Position numbers and translations under genes: made by a program. Below are positions 1 to 11,272 of a stretch of 64,000 bases of DNA, one piece after another; positions within the stretch are counted from its first letter, which is position 1; each line of letters opens with the position of its first letter. The DNA lies in assembly GCF_001447785.1 (NCBI RefSeq), contig NW_015161518.1:4408-68407 (forward strand). The letters are read 5' to 3'. This DNA comes from Gekko japonicus. Lineage: Eukaryota. The notes beneath the pieces were generated by a model. That model was not told the DNA's origin. It worked only from the letters and a program-made list of their open reading frames with translations, and did not search any database.

Positions 1-296
1 GATGGGCCACTGGCCTGATCCAACATGGCTTCTCATGTTCTTATCTCTGGGGCAGGGATGCTCTGTATTCTTGGTGCTTGGGGGGCAAGAGTGGGAGGGC
101 ACCTGGTATTTTTGGCTGATGTGTGACACAGAGTGTTGGTCTGGATGGGCCACTGGCCTGATCCAACATGGCTTCTCATGTTCTTATGTCTGGCGCAGTG
201 ATGCTCTGCATTCTTGGTGCTTGGGGGGCAAGAGTGGGAGGGCTCCTGGAGTTTTGGCCCTGCTGATGGACCTCCTGAGGGCACCTGGGTTTTGTC
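1..296 (+). repeat. Tandem copies (~143-bp period) of the CR1 LINE 3'UTR/terminus
   Basis: GATGGGCCACTGGCCTGATCCAACATGGCTTCTCATGTTCTTAT occurs at 1 and 144. It matches the 3' ends of the CR1 copies at ~36600-36650 and ~55170-55226. Confidence 0.85.
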
Positions 297-683
297 CAGT
301 GTTTCCTCTAAGTGCAAGGTAGCTAACAGTTTTTTAGCCTCCGGCTTATACATTTTTGTCTTAATTCAGGAAAGATGCCTCCAGAGCAAACTAATTTATG
401 CAGTAGCCAAATTGCTCACTCATAGCTTTAATGCCAGTCGCTCACAAAGGAGCATCCCGGGATGTGATATCAGAGTCATGTGACAGGAAGAGGGGGAGCT
501 GGATCATAACCAACAGACCGAAAGGGCCAAGGACAAGAAACAAAAAACAGTCATCAAGAGGTTCCGGTGATGTCAGGGGATGTGGTCTTATGACACACTT
601 CTGGTGATGTCACGGGGTGTGGCATATGCTAATGAGTTATGCTAATGAGCTCTGGCAGCTCTTTTTCTACAAAAAGACCCCTG
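297..683. mobile_element. Composite of non-autonomous hAT MITE pieces
   Basis: 297-~450 matches the MITE at 14467-14672 (CAGTGTTTCCTCTAAG...). ~560-683 is the reverse complement of the terminus of the 13464/61651 family (...TTTTTCTACAAAAAGACCCCTG). Confidence 0.7.
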
Positions 684-2716
684 CTTCCAAGCTTTTAAAA
701 GTGCAGTCCGTCTCACTCATGTACCCACCAAACTAGCTGCTTTGATTGACGGGACAGTCAGGAAGCCTCTGATCAAAAACTCAGCCCAGATCTTAAACAG
801 TTGGCAGCCAACTCAAATTCAAACAGAAATGGGTTTGGCTTTATTTGTTCAATGTGAAACACCTTCAGCTTAATATGTAGATTTGAATGGCTATATGGTA
901 TCTTCTAGAATAATACAGAAGCACCAAGTTGTGCCTTCCTGGAGCAGACCAGTCTGACGAACTTTGTGGACTCAGTGCAAACTGTATTTGTTTGCATCTA
1001 CTTCTGGACAAAGGAAGCCGATGCTCTAGATGACACAGGACAGCATTACTGAAGCACAGTGTCTTTGCACCACCTTGTGGTGACACAGTATGGATTCAGG
1101 CAACTCTTTCTCCTTGTTCTAACATTCAAGGGGCTGTAAAAATCTGGTAGAAATATGTTCTCTGACAAACTCAATTCACAGAAGAAGATCTGTCAGATGA
1201 CCTAGTGCAGGTTAATTCCCATTTAATGCTTATGACAGTATCTGGCTATTAGTAACTGCCTGCATGCATGCACATTGTGGAATTTTTTTATGATAAGGGA
1301 AAAGCTAGAATTTAGAGAAAATGAATAAGGCAGCTAGTTCAGGTTCTGGTTTGGAAAAAAAGTGATTGAAGGTTCTGTTCAGCTTGTGTTTCTCCAAGAA
1401 ATCACCTGAACTACATTATCTTAAAATGGTGTTACTGCATTTCCCAGAGCCCACACAGCTAATATTTTCATTACAGAAAAAAAGCCAGAAGCTAAACTTA
1501 AATCTTGGCATCAAAATGAATGTAAGTGATACTGTAGGTTTCAAGTGACACTGATATGCAATGGATGTGGATCTTAACCAATGCGTACTGTTTCCTCTTT
1601 TCCATAGGTGATTTTGCCCTTGGTGATAGATGTTACTTCCATGGTAGATCTTTCCCCCCCTCCTGCCCTAATAACTTGTTACTTCAGTCTTTAATTCAGA
1701 GCGAGTGGATACAGGAAAAAGCATTGAGGCATAATATCTCATTCTGCCATCACAATGCAAGGAGAGCTTTGAAACAAGGTTAACGTTTTATTGCAAAGAA
1801 CAAGTGTATAATTCCTCCCAAACTACAATGATGTAGGATTCTTTTAATGAAAAGAAAAGGTTATTACTTACAGAATCAACATCCATCCCCTTTGAGAACT
1901 GGGCACTGGAGACCAGTCTTTTGCCCAGGCTAGAGATACGCATGTTTCATGGGAGAAGTGGAAGACACTTCAGTGGAATTGGGAGTCATGTATCAGAGAT
2001 GTTCTTGAAGCAGATAACCTCATAATAAGACAGTAAAGCAATACTGAGTGTCTCCAAAGGTGTATCCATCTTCTCTGTAATAGGCTTCTGGTACCTTTTG
2101 ACTATGAGGGGTATCAAAGCTTGAATGGATTCTCAAAGTCAAAAAGTTCTGGTACATTTTCCCAACTACCCTCAGGAGGTTCAAGTCAAACAGAGTTCGC
2201 TATAGAATACGATCTCCACAGGATAATATTCTTCCCTCACGGTGAATAGATTTTGTATTAGTCTTTGTTCACAGAAACTTTGAAGCTATAGCTTTTGGTT
2301 AAATCTTATTAATGGTCAGAATGTCCTTGTCACTTCCAGTGGATTCCCAATCAAGATAACACACAAATAGACAAAGCCATTTTCACTTTATGAATGCCTA
2401 GTTTGCCCTGTCCTTCCCCTACAGAAATAGCACAGAATGAAAAATGCTGCAGCCATACTTTCCATCAATAATCCGTAAATATATAAAGCTCATGGTGTTA
2501 ATAAGCTAGGGTGTGTGTTGGAAAATAAAATCTGCAGTTGAGCTTGAATGTCTGTGTGTTTGGACAGCCAATCCATCAAATGTTGGGTGTAGCCTTTAAA
2601 TTAAAGATGGCATTATTAAGCATAGGAAAAGAAGAAGAAGAACCTTACCATTTTGTCTGACTGGGTATTGCATCTCTAACAATGACTGCAATTTATGCAT
2701 AATACATGGTGGTGCA

Positions 2717-3590
2717 GAGCACTTTTCAACGTCCCTAATGGTACTGCAAATTCGAGCTTAAGACAAGAAGTAGGTTTATCTACTGTAACATTGAATATTT
2801 GGATACAGAGGAGTAATTATTGGGTTAAGTCCCATCTGAATCCGGTGGGACTTATTCCTGATCTTTTGTCATCAATACCATATCCCCAATGGGCTCTTAG
2901 AGTAGTAGATAAATTGAAACTAATTGGATTAGATCCTGAAAATTTGTTAGAAGGAGGTCTGCAGTATGCAAAGAACCTAATACACCAAAGATTTAAGGAT
3001 ATTGAAGCACAAAACGACTATGCAGCCCTGCCTTCCTATTATAAGAGATTAAAGATGGGACCAGGTTTAAATGCTGCATCTTACCTTGGGCTCATAAAAA
3101 ACCCTAACTATAGATGGGCATTTACTAGAGCACGGCTCGATGTTTTACCCTCAGCAGTACTTTATGGTAGATATACCCGGACCCCCATGCATCAGAGAAT
3201 TTGCTCCTGTTTGTTAGAACAGGTGGAGTCTGCCTCCCATATAATACTTCATTGCCCCTTGTATGATGAAGAGAGACAGCAGTTGCTGACACCCCTTCTC
3301 TCACGTTTTAACCCCCTGGCTCATTATCTTACATATGATGAGGATTGTTTGATGAAGTTTTTATTGGCCGATACTTATGATTCTGTCACACGCAATGTTG
3401 CTAAATATTGTCATTTGGTAATCAAAAAGTACAGAATGTATTTTAACTGGAGCCATTAATGATGGAATTGACTGGTTTGGTATTTTAGTAATTAAGGCTG
3501 TAAGGATCCTATGTTGTAGATTCTGTGCTGTACTATTTTGGTCTATTTTGCTGGTCTTATGACTGTTCTTAATAAACTAACTTACTTACT
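2717..3590 (+). mobile_element. 5'-truncated non-LTR retrotransposon (RTE-X-like), ORF2 C-terminus plus 3'UTR
   Basis: ORF 2695-3459 has a C-terminal CCHC-type motif (RICSC...ESASHIILHCPLY). AATAAA is followed by a (CTTA)n tail. 14-bp TSD TACATGGTGGTGCA at 2703-2716 and 3591-3604. The clade assignment is from motif resemblance only. Confidence 0.75.
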
Positions 3591-3604
3591 TACATGGTGG
3601 TGCA

Positions 3605-3845
3605 AGAGAATCCCAGCCTCCAGGTGGGACCTCAGATCCCTGGAATTGCAGCTCATCTCCAGACTACTGAAATCAGTTCCTCTGGAGAAAATGGATGCTT
3701 TAGAGGGTGGACTCTGTGGCATTCTACCCCACTGGGGTCTCTCTCCTCCCCAGGTTCCACCCTCACATCTCCAGGAGTTTCCCAACCCAGAGATAGGAAC
3801 CCTATCCCCCAACCACCAATGGCCAGGAAGGACCTGGCCACCCTA
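3605..3845. mobile_element. TAGGGTTGCC-terminus non-autonomous DNA transposon (hAT-like MITE) fragment
   Basis: Core CAGCTCATCTCCAGACTAC...CCTGGAGAAAATGGATGCTTT is shared with 26155-26622 and 48509-48633. Ends GGCCACCCTA. Confidence 0.6.
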
Positions 3846-3989
3846 ATTAAGAGGAAGACCACTCCATCTGCTTTGATCCCCATGGGGAGGGGGACATTAT
3901 GGGCTTGCAACAGCAGCAGGTGTGATTTCCAGGGAGGCAATGATTAAGTGCCTCCTTCTCTTCAGTCTCTCTACAGGGCTATTGCTTTG

Positions 3990-4190
3990 AGGCCCAGTGT
4001 GCTATAGAGGTTAAACTGCTGGACTAGGGTCTGGGAGACCTAGAGTCAAATCTCCATTTTGCCACAGAAAATCATTGTGTGACATCGGGCCAGTCTCTGT
4101 CAGCCTAACTTACCTCCCACAGTTGTTATGAGAATAAAACGGAGGAGGGGGGAACAGCTTTGGGTCCCAGCTGGGGAGAAAGTCAGGTTG
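3990..4190 (+). mobile_element. Old tRNA-derived SINE (Squam3/CORE-like)
   Basis: A-box-like head followed by GTGACATCGGGCCAGTC...CAGCCTAACTTACCTCCCAC core. Divergent relative of 18190-18522. Confidence 0.6.
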
Positions 4191-4340
4191 GGCCTGCCTT
4201 CCTGCCTTCCTGCCTATCTGTCTGTTTGTCTGTCTGTCTGTCTGTAATGTATCAGTCATCTATCTGCCTGCCTGTCAACTGTCTGTCTGTCTGTCTATGA
4301 TCTATCATCTATCTGTCTGTCAACTCTCTCTCCCTCTCCA
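4190..4340 (+). repeat. Compound (CTGT/CTAT)n microsatellite
   Basis: Imperfect tetranucleotide repeats seen directly. Confidence 0.85.
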
Positions 4341-4764
4341 TAAAATAGCATTCTAGTTGTTAAGTTGGTTACTTAACAAAGAGTCAGAGAGTGATTTCAG
4401 CAAAAGATCAGCTTTATTCAGCAACTCATAACTCAACTCCAAACAGATCAACATGAATAGCCAGAACAGCTTTTACATTGCAGCTGTTCTGCTTTTAAAC
4501 TCTCCCGGCTAATGTAGCCTACTATAATGTATGCCTACTATACAAATACCAACCAATTAGGTTGTCTACATAAGGACCAATCACGGACGTTCCCGCTCAG
4601 GGAGCTTGCTGGTACTTGATTGGCTAGTTCTTCCTGGGCTACCAATATGATTGGAGGGATTTGGATTCTAGCCCAGGATGAAGCTTCACCTGGTGTTTCA
4701 ATTCACATACAGTTTTGTCGGATTGAATACACCACAAATTCCTCCCCCCTAAGTAAAGACCATA

Positions 4765-6348
4765 TCAGCACTCGTAGTCACTTAGATATGTTGGTGCTCG
4801 GCGCACCCGCTGAGACCTACGTAGCTGTGCAGGCTCAGGACACAATTCAGCTTGGGGGGCCCTGCTTGACTCATGGTTGTCAGAGTCAGGTATGTCGCCT
4901 TCTGGGTCTGGGGTTGCAGCCCCGAAGGTAGGGGTCTGCCCTACTTCGGGGACAGTACTGGACAACGCAGTACTCACCTCCCTGGTTGGAGGTTGGGGTC
5001 GGTCCTCTGGTTTGGGAGATGCAGCTGGCTGGGAGTCTAGGCTTTCCTTCTCCCACTGCTGCCTAAGCTGGTCTACGTGGCGTCGCCACTTGCGTCCATT
5101 TACAAGCTCAACCACATACATGCGTGAACCAATCACCTCCCCCACTATGGCTGGAAGCCATGAATGACCCTCTGCATAGTCCCTTGCAAACACGTTGTTT
5201 CCTTTTTCGTAAGTGTGAACTTTTTCAAGTGCAATCTGCTGCTGGGGCCTCAGATCGTTAAGATCCAGGTGCAGGCGATCTAAGAGCGTGGTAAGGCAAC
5301 GCCCCATCAGAAGCTTGGCCGGGCTACGGCCTGTGGAAGAGCAAGGGGTAATGTGCTGGCGCAAGAGGAACGAGGCCAGTTTTACCCCCCAATCGCCCTG
5401 CATTAGTTTTCCTAGGGCTTCTTTGGTCGTGCTGACCATTGTCTCAACTTGACTGTTAGAGGCCGGGTGAAAAGGAGCCGACGTCAGGTGCCTAATCCCG
5501 TTGTCGGTTAGGAACTGAGCGAACTCCCTAGAGGTGAACTGCGTGTCGTTGTCACTCACCAACACGTCCGGTAGCCCATGGATGGAGAACAACCGGCATA
5601 GGACATTGATGACAGCGATCGAAGAAGTAGTGTGCATGTGAGCAACCTCATGCCACTTCGAATGCGCATCAACAACTAAGAGAAACATTTGTCCCTGAAC
5701 AGGCCCCGCAAAACCCATGTGAAGCCTGGACCATGGCTTCCCTGCAGATTCCCATTTCTGAGGCATAGTGGTAGGAGGCTCAGGCCTGTCCTGTTGACAG
5801 GGCATACACACTCTCACCCACTCTTCGATATCGGCGTCTAAGCCGGGCCACCAAACATATACCCGTGCCAGCGCCTTCATATGAACCATCCTGGGATGGC
5901 CTTCGTGGAGGGATTCCAGGACCTTCTTTCTGAGTTTCCCTGGCATGACTACCCGGTTCCCCCAAAGTACGCAACCCTTTGAGACGGATAACTCATTTTG
6001 GCGCGCACGGAACGGTTTGAACTCCGGCTCCACAGTCCCTGCCGGCCACCCCCTCCACACCCAGTTTAAAACGCAGGCAAGTACATTGTCCTTAGCTGTC
6101 GCAGCAGCAATGTCCATGGAGGAGACTGGGACTTGAGATAGTTCATTGATGGCTAGCACCATGCTAGCTGGAGCAGGGTCCAAGTCCTGGCCAGGTAGAG
6201 GGCAGCAGCTGAGGGCATCCGTGTGTCCATTCGCCTTGCCCGGCCGGTGTTCAAAGTCATAATCATATGCAGTGAGGAAAATCGCCCACCGCAACATTTG
6301 AGGGGACAGGATATTTGGGGTTTGCTGGTCAGGGGCAAAGATTCCCAA
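4765..6348 (-). pseudogene. Gypsy pol: RNase H end plus integrase (HHCC, degenerate DDE)
   Basis: HEGHP...YVWWPG...CMPC zinc finger, PWSRLHMGFAGP (first catalytic D lost), VSDND, GPY/F-like C-terminus. Confidence 0.9.
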
Positions 6349-7564
6349 TAGTCACTAAAAGAAACTTCCACCCATACAAGAAATCATGGAATTTCTTTAC
6401 CGCTGATACCAGTGCTAACCCCTCCTTATCAATTTGAGCATAGTTCTTTTCCGCTGCAGATAACGATTTGGAGTAGAATGCAATTGGGGCTTCACTGCCG
6501 TCTGGCATTAAGTGGCTAAGGACCGCCTCCACCCCAAACAGAGAAGCATCAGCTGCGAGCACTAGCAGCTTCTGCTCGTCATAATGCGTCAACACTGCAT
6601 TAGACAACAGCAAAGCTTTAACGCCGTTAAACGCCCACTCGTGTTCAGGGCCCCATTTCCATTTTGTGTCCTTGTGAAGGAGCGCATGTAAAGGTGCTGC
6701 CACTGACACTTTGTGTGGCAGAAAAGCATGGTAGAAATGTAATAGTCCCAAAAAGGACTGGAGCTCTTTTTTGTTGAGGGGTCATGGGGCACTCTTAATA
6801 GCCGCCACTTTGTCCTCTGTGGGGTGGACACCACTTTCATCGATTCGGAACCCCAAAAACTCCACACTCAGGACCCCCACAAGGCACTTTGACTGCTTTA
6901 CCTTCAGGTGTTCAGACTTAAATCGCTCCAGCATTGTCCTTACTTGTTCCATCAGCTCTTTTTCTGATCTCGCTGCAATCAGTACATCATCAAAGTACAG
7001 AACAGTGTCTTTGGACAAACATTGATTGCGAGTGTGGTTCCCGCCACAACCGGCGCATGCTGGGCTGGTTGTAGGCTTCACTCTGGTCCGTTTGTTGGCT
7101 CCCGCCTTCACGGCGTAGACGTCCTCATAAGCGTCATGGGCCTCGTTGCCGGAAGCTTGGTGGTGCACGCGCTGCTCTGTGGACGCCAACCACTGTCGGA
7201 CCTCTTTGGTGGACTTGTCGGCTGCCTCCATGGCGCCGGCCTGGGTGTAGGTGACAGCCCAAGTCAAGGTGGTTCGGGCGAACAAACGCTGTTGTAGCCG
7301 TTTGTCCCTCATGCCGCATACCAGCCAATCTCGGAGGGCCTCCTCGATGTATGCGAAGTTGCAGGGTCGGGCAGCCTTGTGCAATGCTGCCACATACTCG
7401 GCCACCGACTTATTGGCTGCCTGACTTATTTTATAAAAAGCGTGCCGGCAGGCAATCTCGGAAGGCTGAGGTGAGAAGTGAGTTTTCAGCTTCTCGATCA
7501 AGTCCTTGAATGGCACCATCTTGATGTCCACTGGCACAACCAGCGACCGGGCAATGTCGAACAC
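6329..7564 (-). pseudogene. Gypsy gag fused in frame to RT C-half/RNase H (protease and RT N-half missing)
   Basis: Gag (ALRDWLVCG, CAGCGGNH knuckle) runs directly into LYFDDVLI. One stop at 6782-6784, then the same frame continues into LAADAS...NYAQIDKEGLA. Confidence 0.9.
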
Positions 7565-9544
7565 GCTCTTGCCACAAGAGCTCAGGAGGGTTGCCCGCTT
7601 CTTAGCTTCGGTTGTGATGTCGTTCGCCTCGAGGTGAACTCAAACCGCGTCAGGTAAGTGTCCCAGTTCTCGGTTGTGGGTTCGAATGCCTCGAACTTCT
7701 GGCTATTGCAGGCGCTTCCACCTTATCGGGTGGTGCATGCGGCTGATCAGCCATGGCGCAATGCTCGCTGTTGTCCGTCGTAGGATTGTTTTAAGCGGGG
7801 CTGCCTACCCGCCTTAATATTCCATTCTCGTTGCCAATTGTTAAGTCGGTTACTTAACAAAGAGTCAGAGAGTGATTTCAGCAAAAGATCAGCTTTATTC
7901 AGCAACTCGTAACTCAACTCCAAACAGATCAACTCGAACAGCCAGAACAGCTTTTACATTGCAGCTGTTCTGCTTTTAAACTCTCCTGGCTAATGTAGCC
8001 ACGCCTACTATAGCTTCACATGGTGTTTCAATAGGGTGATTCACATACAGTTTTGTCAGATTGAATACACCACACTAGTAGCTGCCTTCTGTTTAAAAAA
8101 AGTCCAGAAAAAAGATGATGGAACTCCAGGTAATGTGCAGTTCCAGCCACATTTAGTAGATCCACGTTGTGAACCCCTAATATGATTCAAAAGCTTAAAA
8201 ATAGATAAGAATTTTTCTCTTTATTGGAGAGGTTAATTATTATAGAAACAAAGTCTTAATTTATCTTTCCTATAATGTCTGTGCACCTGGGGGGGGGGAA
8301 GGCTGTTTTGATTTACTTGGAAAGTCAGTCCTTTCTCTCAGTAAATGCCTCATAAGCTGAAATAAATTTTAATTGCAGATTTAAGATATGTAAAAAAGAA
8401 GAAGAAAAGAGAACATCCAGACAATTTAATGATACCCATCTGGAATAAATAAGTCTTATTTGACTGCTTACTTCAGTAGTATGGATAATCTAAAAAAAGG
8501 GGGGGGAGCGTAAAAAAGAAAGTAGGAATTCTAGCTGGTTTCCAGCCCAGTGACTTTGAGACCAAGGACTTAACAGCTGTAGCAACATTAATACACATCA
8601 TGGTTATGAAGGTGACTTATCTGAAACAGATATAGCTCTGCCCAGAATGGCTATGCCTGATGAGCCTGTTCACTAATGATCAGTGAGTTACAGCACTGAA
8701 GCTGATGAGTCTGGGACTGATTTTGGGAAGGATCCATGAATGCACAAACTCAGCGGAATCCGTCTTACATAAATTGATGATGAAAACTGAACTTGCTGGG
8801 GTTTTTTAGGGCAACTTTTTATTTGGGCAACCGTGCTTCCCTTTGTTAGTTTGGGCCTGCTTAAAAGATCTACCATGGTGATCACAGTCAACCAAGCAAG
8901 TAGTGTTGCCCGGCAGAAGCCATACAGCAAATAGATTTTTAACTTTGCCTCACAGCAGACAATAGATGGAGATAAGTTTCAGAGACCCAGTAAGAAAAGG
9001 GATGGGAAATAACATTTAATGGCTTTAAATTGGTTTTTTTTAAAAAAGATCTTATGTTTTAAGATAATTAATTGTGGTTACACTTTGTATACCATATAAT
9101 AAAACTGTATCAATTCACAGCAAACAGAATGTGTAACTTTGCTATTTATACTTAGTACATGGGGCCATGTGACTGGAACAATAACTCAGTTTGTGGAACC
9201 AAGGTGTTGGTCAAACAGAGCGATCAGCAGTCCTGAGTAAATAGTAACATGCAATCTGAAACAAAATTCGAAGGTACCAGTCGCAAATATTGTAAGGCCT
9301 TTAACTCTTAGTCCTAGTCTCACCAATCTCTTACTCCAGTTATTGATCTGGCCTTCTGGATCTCTCAGGATAAATGGCTATTTCTGTTTGTGGTCACAGT
9401 CTTAGAAGGCTTTCAAAGTGGATTGGACAAATTCATGATTATATGCCAAATAGCTAAATTATACCTCCATGTACAGAGGTAGTGTATATATGAACACAAG
9501 TTGCTGGAGAGCTAATGTTGGACAAAGGTTACTTTAAAACCCTG

Positions 9545-9750
9545 CTTTCTGTTCTGGCTCGAGATTATCAGGGACTGAGAGCTAAACAGGGTTGGTCACA
9601 GTTCTTGGATGAGAGACCACCAAGGAAGACTGGGGTTGCTATGCAGAGGAAGGCAATGGCAAACCACCTCTGCTGTTCATCTCTTACCTTGAACACTCTA
9701 TGGGGTTTTTTTCCCCATGAGTTGGTTGTGACTCAATGGCACATTCTTCT
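9545..9750 (+). mobile_element. 5S rRNA-derived SINE with RTE/Sauria-like tail (degenerate)
   Basis: GAGCTAAACAGGGTTGGTCACAGTTCTTGGATGAGAGACC resembles the 5S internal control region. Tail AGGCAATGGCAAACCACCTCT. Confidence 0.6.
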
Positions 9751-9987
9751 TCTTTCTGTCCTATCTAAAAACATCCAACTAGCCACTGTTGGAAGAGGAT
9801 GCTGGATTACATTGATCCTATGTCTGATTTCTGAGGGTTCCATTTATGTATAACACAACGATAAGCAGTACTGAAGACATGATCATTAAAAAGTATATTC
9901 ATATTTGATCCTTATTACAGCAGACATCACTGATCTTCAAAAACCTTTCCAGCTCTCCAACACCAACTCTCATTGTAAAACAAAATT

Positions 9988-10492
9988 AAACAGGAGTCCA
10001 GTAGCAGTTTAAAGACTTAACAACATTTATTCCAGTTTAAGGTTTTGTGAGTCACTGCTCATTTCATCAGATGCATTGGAGTGTCCATCCAAACTAAAGT
10101 TATGCTTAGAATTCAAGCAATAGAAAAGGGAATGGGGAGAAGTTGCAAGGAGGGGCTGTGTTCAACAAGAACAAATCAAAGAGCAATTAGCCAAATTCAG
10201 AGTGGCTGACGACAACTCTCAACTGCTGATAGGCATGTAATGTCTAATTATGGAAAACAAGGTGTAAAATATGTTAAATGGATTCAGCAAGTCAGTACAG
10301 AGATCATGTAAAGATACAGCTCATTTAAGATTGGGGTCATGCTGAGACATTGGCACCATAGTGAGTGAGTAAACCAAAATCCTTACTCAAACTGGCGCAG
10401 CAGATAGTATTAAAGTTCTTGGCTCACAAAAACCTATGCTGGAATACATTTTATTAGTCCTCAAGGCGCTATTGGACTCCTGTCTGCTGCAA
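9988..10492. mobile_element. Penelope-like element remnant with inverted pLTR ends
   Basis: Minus-strand pLTR at 9988-10074 with a degenerate hammerhead (CTGATGA...CTCACAAAA). Plus-strand pLTR end at ~10420-10492 (AAGGCGCTATTGGACTCCTG). Homologous to 40604-40700 and 58474-58637. Confidence 0.6.
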
Positions 10493-11272
10493 CAGAGTGA
10501 CATGGCTAGCCCCATGGAAATATTATAATGGAAGGCATTGTAAAGCACTGGATGATCGAAATGCTTCCTTCCTTCTGCCTTCCAATACGACCACCAATCA
10601 GTTTAAAAACTCTGTACAAGCATACATGAAAAACCACCTTTCTGTCTGATCATATATCAGAAATCTGATATTTGTGCAGTCGCTGGGTTGGATCTGGGCA
10701 ACTTGGCATTCAGTCTCACCTAACTTTCCTCTTTATTACACTCCCCATCCCAGGTGGCTTTTATCCACACAGTGTTCCCGCTTTTTCCACCAGTGGAAAC
10801 CTGGTTGGATCTAACTGCTGGCCTTTCTGTGCTTCATGTATGCAAACCAAAAGCCTTACTCAAACTGGCGCAGCAGATAGTATTAAAGTTCTTGGCTCAC
10901 AAAAACCTATGCTGGAATACATTTTATTAGTCCTCAAGGCGCTATTGGACTCCTGTCTGCTGCAACAGAGTGACATGGCTAGCCCCATGGAAATATTATA
11001 ATGGAAGGCATTGTGAAGCACTGGATGATCGAAATGCTTCAACATGAAAAACCACCTTTCTGTCTGATCATATATCAGAAATCTGATATTTGTGCAGTCG
11101 CTGGGTTGGATCTGGGCAACTTGGCATTCAGTCTCACCTAACTTTCCTCTTTATTACACTCCCCATCCCAGGTGGCTTTTATCCACACAGTGTTCCCGCT
11201 TTTTCCACCAGTGGAAACCTGGTTGGATCTAACTGCTGGCCTTTCTGTGCTTCATGTATGCAAACCAAAAGC
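10371..11272 (+). repeat. Near-identical tandem duplication (473-bp and 418-bp units)
   Basis: Units start at 10371 and 10844 and are joined at AAACCAAAA. The second unit lacks 55 bp. Duplicate ORFs at 10672 and 11090. Confidence 0.95.

Larger units (their letters stand above)
4358..8074 (-). mobile_element. Ty3/Gypsy (Mag-like) LTR retrotransposon, internally deleted
   Basis: TG...CA LTRs at 4358-4736 (3') and 7839-8074 (5'). 5-bp TSD CTAGT (4353-4357, 8075-8079). PBS TGGCAACGAGAATGGAAT next to the 5' LTR, resembling the complement of the tRNA-Ser(GCU) 3' end. Polypurine tract next to the 3' LTR. gag, RT, RNase H and IN remnants. Confidence 0.95.

Noticed and set aside
2650-2686. 37-nt minus-strand exon-like segment with GTAAGG donor
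   Set aside because: The acceptor lacks a pyrimidine tract and abuts repeat-derived sequence.
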